A stretch of 64,000 bases of DNA from an uncultured Clostridia bacterium (GCA_944387385.1 CALXES010000002.1:42136-106135), one strand, 5' to 3'. Counted from the first letter of the stretch, positions 51,188-60,597 are shown. Translations and numbers: made by a program. The notes: generated by a model from the letters alone, not told the origin.

Positions 51188-52468
51188 ATGACAAACGAAG
51201 AAATAATATCATATATTTATAAAGAAAGAAAAAGTAATAAAGAAAAAAAAGATAATAGCAGAATGTTAAGTTTTATGAACGAACTTAATAATCCACAAAA
51301 CAATTTAAAATTTATACATATAGCTGGTACAAATGGCAAAGGTTCAACTACTACAATGCTTGCAAATGTATTAAAAAACAGTGGTTATAAAGTTGGAAAG
51401 TTTATTTCTCCGTACGTAATTTCTTTTAACGAAAGAATACAAATAAACAATGAATTTATATCAGATGATGAATTATCAAAATATATTAAACAAATAGACC
51501 CTATTATTTTAAAAATGGAGCAAAATGGAGATGCACCAAACGGTTTTGAAATAATAACTGCAATTGCTTTTATGTACTTTAATGATAAAAAATGTGACTT
51601 TGTATGTTTAGAAACTGGTTTAGGAGGAAGATTAGACCCAACTAACGTAATAACTACAACAATAATGTCTATAATAACACTTATAGATTATGATCACACA
51701 AAATTTTTAGGAAATACTTTAGAGGAAATAGCTTCTGAAAAATGTGGAATTATAAAAAAAGGAAAGGTAACTGTTACTTATCCTAAACAAAAGAAAAATG
51801 TTTTAGATACAATTAGAAGCTTTTGCTTAAAAGAAAATAATAAACTATATATTCCAAGTTTAAAACTATTAGATATTATAAAATGTAATCATAACATTAA
51901 CTATTTTAGTTATAAAGGAACATATTACAAACTTAACCTTATAGGAAAACATCAAATATATAATGCTTTAATGGTAATTTTAGCATCTAATATTATGATT
52001 AATCTTGGGTATAAAATATCCTTTTCCGCAATAAACAGTGGAATATCAGATACAAGTTTTCCAGCAAGATTAGAAAAATTTGATAATAATCCTACTATCT
52101 ATATAGATGGCTCTCATAATGTTGCTGGAGCTGAAGCACTTAAAGATTTTTTATACGAATACAAAGGAAAGAAAAACTATGCTATAATGTCTTTTACAGA
52201 AGGAAAAGATTATTCAAAATTTATTGAAGAAATAGGTTCATATTTTCAAGAACTAATATTTGTTGAATACAAAAATAAATATAAAAAAGCGGAAAATATA
52301 AAAAATCTAGAGAAAGTAGCATCAAAATTAGGTATAAAATCTAAATCATTTGATTCAATTACCAAAGCATATGAATATGTGAAAAGTCAAGAAAATTCTG
52401 ATTTATTGTTGGTCACAGGTTCATTATATCTTGCATCTGATTTTAGAAATATGTTAACAGAAGAATAG
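51188..52468 (+). CDS. folC: folylpolyglutamate synthase/dihydrofolate synthase (Mur ligase family)
   Basis: HIAGTNGKGST P-loop, 426 aa. Confidence 0.9.
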   Translation: MTNEEIISYIYKERKSNKEKKDNSRMLSFMNELNNPQNNLKFIHIAGTNGKGSTTTMLANVLKNSGYKVGKFISPYVISFNERIQINNEFISDDELSKYIKQIDPIILKMEQNGDAPNGFEIITAIAFMYFNDKKCDFVCLETGLGGRLDPTNVITTTIMSIITLIDYDHTKFLGNTLEEIASEKCGIIKKGKVTVTYPKQKKNVLDTIRSFCLKENNKLYIPSLKLLDIIKCNHNINYFSYKGTYYKLNLIGKHQIYNALMVILASNIMINLGYKISFSAINSGISDTSFPARLEKFDNNPTIYIDGSHNVAGAEALKDFLYEYKGKKNYAIMSFTEGKDYSKFIEEIGSYFQELIFVEYKNKYKKAENIKNLEKVASKLGIKSKSFDSITKAYEYVKSQENSDLLLVTGSLYLASDFRNMLTEE

Positions 52469-52566
52469 TTTTTTATTATTTTTAAACAAATAACTTGATT
52501 TTTATTTTCTTTTATGCTAAAATGTTTAAGTAAATTGTTAACGTATACATAAGGAGGTGCAAGTTA

Positions 52567-52821
52567 ATGCCAAATATAAAATCTGCTAAAAAAAGAGTTA
52601 AAATTATTGAAACTAAAACTCTACAAAACAAAGCTACAAAAAAAGCATATAAAGAAGCAATAAAAGCTTTTGAAGCTGCTGTTAAAGAAAATGCAAAAAA
52701 TAAAGAAGAATTATATAATGAAGCTATTAGTAAAATAGATAAAGCTTGGTCTAAAGGTGTATTAGCAAAAAATACTGCATCTAGAAAAAAATCAAGTTTA
52801 GCTAAAATGCTTAATAAATAG
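52567..52821 (+). CDS. rpsT: 30S ribosomal protein S20
   Basis: [18 protein letters not shown]-terminus; RBS AAGGAGGTG. Confidence 0.95.
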   Translation: MPNIKSAKKRVKIIETKTLQNKATKKAYKEAIKAFEAAVKENAKNKEELYNEAISKIDKAWSKGVLAKNTASRKKSSLAKMLNK

Positions 52822-52835
52822 TTTATAAATAAATT

Positions 52836-52862
52836 TCACCAGCATAGCTGGTGTTTTTTTGT
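52836..52862 (+). terminator. rho-independent terminator after rpsT
   Basis: CACCAGC-ATA-GCTGGTG hairpin followed by TTTTTTT. Confidence 0.7.
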
Positions 52863-52948
52863 CATTTTTTTAGTTAACATTTAATTTCTCATAAGTTGTA
52901 TTTTTTATATTACTATGATAAAATTTAAAGTATTATAAAGGAGTGTAT

Positions 52949-53584
52949 ATGGAATATTTATTTACGTTTTTAGAGGGAATAGCAAGCTTTATTTCGCCTT
53001 GTCTTCTTCCGATGATACCAATATATATATCATATTTTATTGGAGAAGAAGAAAAAAACAGCACCAAAAAAATAATTAATGCTTTAGGATTTGTAATAGG
53101 GTTTACATTAGTATTTTTAATCCTTTCCATATTTGCAAGTAGTCTAGGAATACTAATTAGTAATAATATAAAATATATAAAAATAGCTTTTGGAATAATA
53201 ATTATATTTTTAGGTTTAAATTATATGGAAATCATAAAGTTAAAGTTTCTTAATAAATATAAAGTATTTAATGCAGACAAAAAAAACTTGAATTTTTTTA
53301 AAGCTTTAATTTTTGGAGTTGTATTCTCAGTTAGTTGGACTCCATGCATCGGAACATTTTTAAGTTCAGCTTTACTTCTTGTAGCTAAACATCAAGATAT
53401 GTTAAAGGGTATTTTACTTATGCTTATCTATTCTATAGGACTTGGAATACCTTTTATTATTTCAGTTGTTTTAATAGAAAAGTTAAAACAGGCTTTTGAT
53501 ATAATAAAGAAAAATTATAATATTATAAAAAAAGTATCAGGAGCTATTTTAATTATTATAGGAATTTACACTATATTTTTTTAA
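52949..53584 (+). CDS. ccdA: cytochrome c-type biogenesis / thiol-disulfide transporter CcdA (DsbD beta domain)
   Basis: Cys in TM1 (SPCLLPMIPIY) and TM4 (TPCIGTFL); six TM helices. Confidence 0.8.
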   Translation: MEYLFTFLEGIASFISPCLLPMIPIYISYFIGEEEKNSTKKIINALGFVIGFTLVFLILSIFASSLGILISNNIKYIKIAFGIIIIFLGLNYMEIIKLKFLNKYKVFNADKKNLNFFKALIFGVVFSVSWTPCIGTFLSSALLLVAKHQDMLKGILLMLIYSIGLGIPFIISVVLIEKLKQAFDIIKKNYNIIKKVSGAILIIIGIYTIFF

Positions 53585-53595
53585 AGGAGATTTAA

Positions 53596-54015
53596 ATGAA
53601 GACTAAAATAAGTATTATTATTATTGTAATTATATTTATAGCCGGATTAATTTTTTTAAACATGTATATGAATAAATCTAAAAACGATACCTCTAGCAGC
53701 AATATTTCTGATGTTACTAGTCAAAATTTTGAAACAGAAGTATTAGAAAGTGATAAAGTTGTACTTGTCGATTTTTATGCTGATTGGTGCGAACCATGTA
53801 AAATATTTTCACCAATTCTTGAGGATATATCAAAAGAGTATGATTTTATAAAAGTTGTAAAAGTAAATATAGATAATGAAACTGATTTAGCCGAGCATTA
53901 TGGTGTTGCTTCGGTTCCAACACTAATTATACTAAAAAATGGTAAGGTTGTTGATAGAAGTGTAGGTGCAATAAGCAAACTGGCATTAAAAAACATGATA
54001 AAACAATTAAATTAA
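53596..54015 (+). CDS. membrane-anchored thioredoxin-family thiol-disulfide oxidoreductase
   Basis: WCEPCK active-site CxxC; N-terminal TM anchor. Confidence 0.85.
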   Translation: MKTKISIIIIVIIFIAGLIFLNMYMNKSKNDTSSSNISDVTSQNFETEVLESDKVVLVDFYADWCEPCKIFSPILEDISKEYDFIKVVKVNIDNETDLAEHYGVASVPTLIILKNGKVVDRSVGAISKLALKNMIKQLN

Positions 54016-54020
54016 ATAAA

Positions 54021-54076
54021 AAGTACACCCACAAATGTTAGAAAAACTAACATTTGGAGGTGTATTTTTATACATG
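54021..54076 (+). mobile_element. solo remnant of an IS150-group (IS3 family) left end (IRL plus orfA RBS/ATG), about 55 bp
   Basis: AAGTACACCCACAAATGTTAGAAAAACTAACATTTGGAGGTGTATTTTTATACATG aligns with the left end of the IS fragment at 58708-58763 (minus strand) with a few mismatches; internal 10-bp hairpin CAAATGTTAG/CTAACATTTG doubles as a terminator between convergent genes. Confidence 0.45.
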
Positions 54077-54081
54077 ATTTT

Positions 54082-55791
54082 TTAGTATCCTAATAATTTT
54101 AAAATAGCTAGTCCTACCTTTTCACCTTTTCCTTCATATGGCCACTCATTTATTGAATATCCCGGATCATCATTTATCTCTATGATTGAATAATCATTTT
54201 TATTTAAATCGTCTATTATTAAGTCAACACCACATACTTTTGCATTAAATGCATTAGCTGCCTTTTCAGACATCTCTTTAAAATATTGTGGTATATCATT
54301 TGTAACATCAAGGCTTTCTCCTCCTGTAGAACAATTTGAGTTTGTTCTCAAAAATACTCTTTCATCTTTTTGTGGTATAGTATCATATGTATAATTAGAT
54401 TTTTTTAAAAATTCTTCAACTGGTTTTTCAATTTTTACAGGAGTTCCAGTAAGAGCATGCCAAGGCTCTTTATTTTTTATATCTATAAGTTCTTTTATTG
54501 TAGATTTTCCATCACCTACAACACTTGCAACTCTTCTATGAGCAACGCTTATACATTTTCCATCTACAACTAAAAATCTATACTCTTTACCTTTTATATA
54601 CTGTTCAACCAACACATCCGAATCAAATTCAAAAGCATATTTTATTGCATTATTTATTTGATCTTTAGTTCCAGGTTTACTAAACACTGTTATACCAGTT
54701 CCCATGTTTGTGTTTCTTGGTTTAATTACTAGCGGCATACTATATAGATCTTTTATTAAATCTTCTATTTCTTCTTGTTCCATATCTTTAGTAAGTAAAA
54801 TAGCATCTGGAACACTTAGCCCCTTTTCTTTCATTATATTTTTTGATACTAATTTATCATCTGTCACTATTGGAAATATATATGAGTCTCTATCTGTTCT
54901 ATTTCCTTCAATTATATATTCTTTATGTCCTTCGTAATCCAACAAAGCAAAACTTGTTGTCTCATTTAGAATTTTATAGTCGATACCTTGTGATAAAGCA
55001 TCTTTAATCAATATAGCTGCTTCTGCTAATAACTTAGGATGATATTTTAATCTATATCTCTCATTATATCCTTCTAACATGTTATTTTTTAAAATGTCTA
55101 ATAGTTCTTTTTTAGTTAACCCTTTTAATTTATTTTCATTTCTATTTAATTGAGTGTTTTCTATAAAATCTTTACATCTTAAAGAGAATATCCTATTTAA
55201 ATCTCTTAAATCTACTTTATTACTCAAGCATGAGAATATTTCCAATATAATATACATTATTTCTTTTAGTTCTATCCCAACTCTATCCATTGGATTTAAT
55301 GTAATATTATTTATTGTTATATTATTATTATATTCAATTTTTATATCACCAAAAATCTCTTTAAAGTGACTAATTCTTTTATTAAGTTTATTAACTATGT
55401 TTTTATACATGTCCTCAATATTATCAGGTAAGATTATATTATTTTTTTCAGCTATTTCATATATCTTAGAATTTAGTGAAAATTCAATTGTTAAAAAACA
55501 TTTTTCTTCATTATCAAAACAAGGACTACTTGAATTCCACAACAGTTCATTTCTTTCAAATAATTCTAAAATAACAATATCTGTAATTTCTTGTAACTTT
55601 ATATAACATTCATGTAAATCTTCACAAATTGGTGTATTTATTAATAATTTCTTATCATTATCTGAAAATGTTATTAATTTATTTTTTAATCTATCACCAA
55701 AAGCTACTGGATGCTCTAGCCTAGATAAATTTCCATTACTATCACACCTTAAACTTTCTTTTTTTATTTTAATATTATAAATATTATTCAT
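54082..55791 (-). CDS. ATP-grasp ligase with uncharacterized 300-aa N-terminal domain (glutathione-synthetase/cyanophycin-synthetase-like C-terminal half)
   Basis: C-terminal half has ATP-grasp hallmarks: PLVIKP, EQYIKGKEYRFLVVDGK, NCSTGGESLDVT, IEINDDPG. Confidence 0.65.
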   Translation of the reverse strand: MNNIYNIKIKKESLRCDSNGNLSRLEHPVAFGDRLKNKLITFSDNDKKLLINTPICEDLHECYIKLQEITDIVILELFERNELLWNSSSPCFDNEEKCFLTIEFSLNSKIYEIAEKNNIILPDNIEDMYKNIVNKLNKRISHFKEIFGDIKIEYNNNITINNITLNPMDRVGIELKEIMYIILEIFSCLSNKVDLRDLNRIFSLRCKDFIENTQLNRNENKLKGLTKKELLDILKNNMLEGYNERYRLKYHPKLLAEAAILIKDALSQGIDYKILNETTSFALLDYEGHKEYIIEGNRTDRDSYIFPIVTDDKLVSKNIMKEKGLSVPDAILLTKDMEQEEIEDLIKDLYSMPLVIKPRNTNMGTGITVFSKPGTKDQINNAIKYAFEFDSDVLVEQYIKGKEYRFLVVDGKCISVAHRRVASVVGDGKSTIKELIDIKNKEPWHALTGTPVKIEKPVEEFLKKSNYTYDTIPQKDERVFLRTNSNCSTGGESLDVTNDIPQYFKEMSEKAANAFNAKVCGVDLIIDDLNKNDYSIIEINDDPGYSINEWPYEGKGEKVGLAILKLLGY

Positions 55792-55810
55792 ATTGATTCT
55801 CTCTCTTTCT

Positions 55811-56800
55811 TTAAACTATAACTAACTCTTCTTCTAAAGATGTTAATACTGGTTCTCTATTATTACCATCAGCCACATTTCCAACAATCAACTCAACATT
55901 TAGTGCATTTATTGGCTTTATTTTATGATATATTATTTTCTCATTTTTTTTATAAGTTATATACTCTCTCTTTTGATGTGTATTATTAATAATTACATTT
56001 TTTAAGTCAAAAAAAAGAGCCTTACTATTACAATTGATATATGAAAATTGAGTTTTAGAATTATTAATTTTCTTATTACCATTCAAGTCAACTTCTACTA
56101 CAAAAGTTGGCGCTTCTGTCATTTCATTTGATCTATTAAGTATCTCATAATATCCATCAATATAAAGTTGAATATTTAATCCTTCACTTTGTAAATCTTT
56201 AACAGCTTTTGATATTGCAATAAGGCTATTTTTGTTTCTACAATCAATCTTACAAATCAACCTTACCTTTTCATGTAAATTAATATCATACGCACCTTTA
56301 ATACTTGACTTGAACAAAATCTTTCCTATATTAGGAATTCTTTTTTCATAATCATTGTTTAATTTAGTTAAGATCCCAGTTATTGTTAAAATATTTTCTT
56401 TTTTTGTAGGAAAATATGGATTTTGTAAAAGTGTATTGTTTTTTTCATACTTTATGGTTGTTACTCCAATAATTTCGTTAATACCATTATGATTTCTAGA
56501 AGCTAATATTACAGGATAATTTGCAATATTATAAATCATTTCATTTAAATTTGGTATTTGTATAAAATCCCTATTTCCAATAAAATTTTTATCATAAAAA
56601 TATATCACTTTAAAAAGCATATCATTTAATGCTTGTTTACCAGTTATAGTCTGAAAAAGATAAAATCTAATATCTGATTCATCTGGATTCTTTTTAATAA
56701 ATTCTTTAGTTTGCACCTCCATTTCCTTATTAAAACAATTAAATATAGTTTGTTTAAAAATTTCGTTGCGCCTTCGCGGCTTTTCTTTTTCCTTTTCCAT
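55811..56800 (-). CDS. hypothetical protein co-transcribed upstream of the ATP-grasp ligase (start placed at MEKEKEKPRRR, RBS GGAGAC)
   Basis: Open frame 19 nt upstream of ligase gene; no family recognized. Confidence 0.45.
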   Translation of the reverse strand: MEKEKEKPRRRNEIFKQTIFNCFNKEMEVQTKEFIKKNPDESDIRFYLFQTITGKQALNDMLFKVIYFYDKNFIGNRDFIQIPNLNEMIYNIANYPVILASRNHNGINEIIGVTTIKYEKNNTLLQNPYFPTKKENILTITGILTKLNNDYEKRIPNIGKILFKSSIKGAYDINLHEKVRLICKIDCRNKNSLIAISKAVKDLQSEGLNIQLYIDGYYEILNRSNEMTEAPTFVVEVDLNGNKKINNSKTQFSYINCNSKALFFDLKNVIINNTHQKREYITYKKNEKIIYHKIKPINALNVELIVGNVADGNNREPVLTSLEEELVIV

Positions 56801-56833
56801 AAAAAGTCTCCATTTCTGTCGCACTGCGACTAA

Positions 56834-56857
56834 CATAATATACTACAGTATATTATG
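56834..56857. promoter_or_regulatory. candidate operator: inverted repeat CATAATATACT-AC-AGTATATTATG at the 5' end of the ATP-grasp operon
   Basis: 11-bp perfect arms, 2-nt spacer; lies 34 nt upstream of the preferred start and next to a GTCGCACTGCGAC 5'-UTR hairpin (56818-56830). Confidence 0.35.
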
Positions 56858-57017
56858 AGAATATTTTAGTGCTTTTTTATTAATATGTCAATAGATTTTT
56901 TAAATATTTTTTAACTTTTAAATTACCTTGATTTTAGTATTTACATCAAATCTTAATTACATAAATATTCGAATATATTTATACTACATAATTTTATATT
57001 ATTCATTAAATTTTGAC

Positions 57018-57449
57018 TTAATTTGAAACAAATGTCTCAACAAAATTTCCATATTTTTCATATTTAAGTCTATTAATTCCTATATCTACTTTATACATTT
57101 GTATGTAAGAATATGTATTATCTTGATTTTCTTTAGTAACAGTCAATATTTTTTCCTTTTTATTATATTTTATAGATAAAAACATTTTTTCTTGATCCGC
57201 TTTATTATTATCAAATCTAACTAATAACGAATCATCTTTAAAATCTTCTCCTGTAACAAAATTTTTTTGTGCACTATTTTTTAAATTTATATTTTCATCT
57301 TCATCACAAACCTCATTAAATATTTGTGTTAAAATTTCAATTTGATTATTTTCACTACGCAAAACTAAATATCTATATAAAAAAATCGCTCCAACCATAA
57401 TAGATATTATAACTATAAAACTTATAAAAAAATATTTCTTTTTAAACAT
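57018..57449 (-). CDS. hypothetical membrane-anchored protein
   Basis: N-terminal TM helix (FFISFIVIISIMVGAIFLY). Confidence 0.45.
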   Translation of the reverse strand: MFKKKYFFISFIVIISIMVGAIFLYRYLVLRSENNQIEILTQIFNEVCDEDENINLKNSAQKNFVTGEDFKDDSLLVRFDNNKADQEKMFLSIKYNKKEKILTVTKENQDNTYSYIQMYKVDIGINRLKYEKYGNFVETFVSN

Positions 57450-57514
57450 ATTATATTACCTCCCAAGCTCTTTCACTTAATAAGAGTATTTGTATTAACA
57501 AAAAAGTTGCATTA

Positions 57515-57556
57515 ATACAAAATTTTGTATTAATTTAAAAATACCAGAATTATTTT
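57515..57556. terminator. candidate terminator after yabG
   Basis: CCAGAATTAT-TTTTT-ATAATCCTGG hairpin (one mismatch) immediately after the stop. Confidence 0.4.
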
Positions 57557-58435
57557 TTATAATCCTGGCATTCCCATTCTATATTGACCTCTTGTTTGTA
57601 GTCCACCAATACCGCTTATCCCTTCTCTAGTATTAGAAATTATATTTTCCAATGAAACAAATTCATTTACTGAGGTATAAGCTACATTTTCTGCAACAAT
57701 TATTGGATCCATCATATCAATTAATACTCTTTTAGGAGCACTAGCAAAGTTAGCTCCAGCAGATATTATTGCTTCATAATAACTTTGACAAGCTCCTGCA
57801 AATATAACTAAGTTATCTAAATTATGTTCATATCGTCTAGCTTCTAAAACTGATTGAACAAAGTATTTAGAATTTTTATAATTATCTATATTATATATAT
57901 CATTTCTTCTTTTTATAAACGCATCATGTCCAGTTAAAACCAAAATTTCAGGTTTATATTTTTGAAGTAAATTATACACTTGTTTATACTGCTCGTTTTC
58001 TTCTATATTAAAAACATATGCAGTAATCCCCATTTTTTTATAGATATCTCTACATTGCCTACAATACTCCTCATCTCCATCAAGATGTAAAGTTCTTCCT
58101 GGTCTTTTATATGTTTTTTCTTTTTGATACATGTTATAATTTATATTTTCTCTATAAAAGTTATTGTTATTATACTTTTTATTCTTTATATTATTATATG
58201 ATCTATCTAACCTAACTCTTCTAGATTTTTCAATATTTTTCAGTCTTGCTTCTAGCTCTTGCTTTGAGACTAACTTCAAATCATATTCATATGCATCAGC
58301 TAAAATCCTAACATTAATACCTATTAAATCAACTATTCCATTAGGATGTATTGCAGTAATCTTAAATAAAACATCATAGTTATATGACTTTCTTGCAACG
58401 ATATCTCCAACCTTAAAATTTGACAAGTTCATCAC
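57557..58435 (-). CDS. yabG: sporulation-specific protease YabG
   Basis: N-terminus FKVGDIVARKSYNYDVLFKITAI matches B. subtilis YabG (FKIGDIVARKSYGxDVLFKI); 292 aa. Confidence 0.85.
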   Translation of the reverse strand: MMNLSNFKVGDIVARKSYNYDVLFKITAIHPNGIVDLIGINVRILADAYEYDLKLVSKQELEARLKNIEKSRRVRLDRSYNNIKNKKYNNNNFYRENINYNMYQKEKTYKRPGRTLHLDGDEEYCRQCRDIYKKMGITAYVFNIEENEQYKQVYNLLQKYKPEILVLTGHDAFIKRRNDIYNIDNYKNSKYFVQSVLEARRYEHNLDNLVIFAGACQSYYEAIISAGANFASAPKRVLIDMMDPIIVAENVAYTSVNEFVSLENIISNTREGISGIGGLQTRGQYRMGMPGL

Positions 58436-58510
58436 CTCATAATATTATATGATTTTTTATCTTTAAAGTGATTTATATATCTATTAATTATTGTTTACTC
58501 TTCTTTTTGT

Positions 58511-58763
58511 TTATGCTACACTAATATTAGGAGGTAAAATATTTCTAATTAAACCTTTAGCACCATGTTCTTTATATTTTCTTACCCATTTTAATACAGT
58601 ATATTCACTTTTAATGTTAAAGTGTTTAGCTGTATCTAAATATCCATAATGTTCATTTATACAATATTCAACTACTTTGAGTTTAAATTCATATGAATAT
58701 TTACTCATAAAAAATACACCTCCAAACATTAGATTTTTTGTCTAACATTTGGGGTGCACTTCA
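58511..58763 (-). mobile_element. truncated IS150-group (IS3 family) element: left inverted repeat plus 5' fragment of orfA (HTH transposase N-terminus, about 65 codons)
   Basis: IRL begins TGAAGTGCACCCCAAATG (IS150-like TG...TGCACCC) at 58763; RBS GGAGGTG then MSKYSYEFKLKVVEYCINEHYGYLDTAKHFNI...LKWVRKYKEHGAKGL; frame ends after 72 aa with no orfB; inserted 27 bp downstream of the rpsR stop. Confidence 0.6.
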
Positions 58764-58789
58764 AAACCTTGGTTGTTTTTTATTATTTA

Positions 58790-59047
58790 TTATTTTACTG
58801 TATATGGTAATAAAGCAATTGTTCTTGCTCTTTTAACAGCTACAGTTACTTTTCTTTGATGTTTTGCACAACATCCAGTTACTCTTCTTGGTAGAATTTT
58901 ACCTTTGTCGCTAACAAATTTTCTTAATTTATCTACATCTTTATAATCAATATCATCTACTTTATCAGCACAGAAAACACAAACTTTTTTTCTAGGTCTT
59001 CTATATGGTTTGTCATTTTTAGCGCCTCTTTTTCTGTTATCAGCCAT
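58790..59047 (-). CDS. rpsR: 30S ribosomal protein S18
   Basis: [11 protein letters not shown]...[16 protein letters not shown] signature. Confidence 0.95.
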   Translation of the reverse strand: MADNRKRGAKNDKPYRRPRKKVCVFCADKVDDIDYKDVDKLRKFVSDKGKILPRRVTGCCAKHQRKVTVAVKRARTIALLPYTVK

Positions 59048-59080
59048 TTTAACTATCCTCCTATCAACTAATTTTTTTAA

Positions 59081-59488
59081 TTAAAATGGTAAATCATCAG
59101 TATCATCAACTGTTATAAATTCACCATCCATACTAGATGAAGGTACTCCATCACTTGTATCTTGATCTCTTCTAGAGTCTGCAAAGTATGCGTTTTCAAT
59201 AATAAAATCTGTTGCATATCTTTTTTGACCATTTTGATCATCCCATGATCTGTTTTGGATTCTTCCTTCGACTAATACTTGTTGTCCTTTTCTATAGTAT
59301 TTTGCACAAAAATCTGCAAGTTTTCCAAAAGCAGTTAGATTAAAGAAATCTGTTTTTCTTTCACCATTAGCATCAGCAAATCTTCTATTTACTGCAAGAG
59401 CAAATGTAGTTACTGGTGTATTACTATTTGGTAAAACTCTTGATTCAGGATCTCTTGTTAATCTACCTAAAAATTGAAACTTATTCAT
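59081..59488 (-). CDS. ssb: single-stranded DNA-binding protein
   Basis: OB-fold N-domain, acidic C-terminal tail DDTDDLPF. Confidence 0.95.
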   Translation of the reverse strand: MNKFQFLGRLTRDPESRVLPNSNTPVTTFALAVNRRFADANGERKTDFFNLTAFGKLADFCAKYYRKGQQVLVEGRIQNRSWDDQNGQKRYATDFIIENAYFADSRRDQDTSDGVPSSSMDGEFITVDDTDDLPF

Positions 59489-59504
59489 TTAACTACCTCC
59501 TATA

Positions 59505-59789
59505 TTAGTCTTCTAATTTAACTATCATGTGTTTTAGAACTATTTCATCTAGTCTTAGAACTCTATCAAGTTCAGCAATAAATTCTGGTTTAGCAGAAAA
59601 TGTGAATAATGTATAGAAACCTTCTTTTTGCTTTTTAATTTCGTAAGCAAATGTTTTCTTACCCCATTCCTCAACATTTGTAAGCTCGCCATTAGCTGAA
59701 ATTAATTCTTTCATTTTTTCACCAAAAGCAGCCATAGCTTCCTCTGATGCATTAGCTGAAAGTATTATAACTGATTCATATCTATTCAT
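59505..59789 (-). CDS. rpsF: 30S ribosomal protein S6
   Basis: MNRYESVIILSAN N-terminus; rpsF-ssb-rpsR order. Confidence 0.95.
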   Translation of the reverse strand: MNRYESVIILSANASEEAMAAFGEKMKELISANGELTNVEEWGKKTFAYEIKKQKEGFYTLFTFSAKPEFIAELDRVLRLDEIVLKHMIVKLED

Positions 59790-60005
59790 GACTCTTACTC
59801 ACCTCCTCGTGGACTTCTGACTATACAATTTGTATAGTAAGGAATTTTACTTGAAACATTATACCACATTATTATGTAATTTGCAACAATTATTTTTTAT
59901 TTATGTATATCTCAAGTCATTAATAAGTATATTGACATTGTAACTCATTAATTATATAATACATATTATTAAATATAACCATTTCTCCAAAGGAGGACTG
60001 ATAAC

Positions 60006-60596
60006 ATGAAAATTGAAAAGATTGACGATAACAAAGTTAAAATAATCTTATCTTTTGAAGAACTCGAGATGAGAAACATAACATTAAGTGATATAGAAAA
60101 AAACAATGTTGCAGCAAGAAAATTATTTACAAGCTTAATAGAGGAAAGTAATCTAGATGAGCTTTTTAGTTGTGATGATTCACAGCTTTTCATTGAAGCA
60201 AGTTCTGATAATACTAATACTTTTATATTGACTATAACTAAAACAGATGACTTACCAGATATAAATAGCTATCCAAAAAATGAAAATAAAACGCTTTATA
60301 GAATAGACTCACGACTTTATGAATTTAATTCATTAGATGTGATTTTAGATTTTTGCAAAATTGCAAAAGAAGAAAATCTCTTTTTTGGAAAAAACACTCT
60401 ATATAAATATGAAGATAAATATTACTTACTTTTTAGTGATAGTGCAATTAAAAATAAAAGATTTATCAAAACATATATTATGCTAAGTGAATATTGCTCA
60501 AGATACTTTTCATATGACATGTTTTATACAACTATCATAGAAAAATCAAAAGTTATTGTTGCAAATAGAGCTTTACAAAAGCTCATAAATATTTAG
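60006..60596 (+). CDS. mecA: adaptor protein MecA (ClpC adaptor / competence negative regulator)
   Basis: MKIEKIDDNKVKIILSFEELEMRNITLSDIEKN N-domain and C-terminal YKYEDKYYLLF resemble B. subtilis MecA. Confidence 0.7.
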   Translation: MKIEKIDDNKVKIILSFEELEMRNITLSDIEKNNVAARKLFTSLIEESNLDELFSCDDSQLFIEASSDNTNTFILTITKTDDLPDINSYPKNENKTLYRIDSRLYEFNSLDVILDFCKIAKEENLFFGKNTLYKYEDKYYLLFSDSAIKNKRFIKTYIMLSEYCSRYFSYDMFYTTIIEKSKVIVANRALQKLINI

Positions 60597-60597
60597 T

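Noticed and set aside
56760-56800. Short GC-rich patch (gcgccttcgcggc) suggestive of a foreign insert or hairpin
   Set aside because: It is in-frame coding sequence for an Arg-rich stretch (KPRRRN) using CGN/AGG codons; only a weak imperfect stem
59969-60193. 74-aa minus-strand ORF overlapping the 5' end of mecA
   Set aside because: Overlaps a better-supported plus-strand gene with RBS and terminator; Ser/Leu-rich low-complexity product
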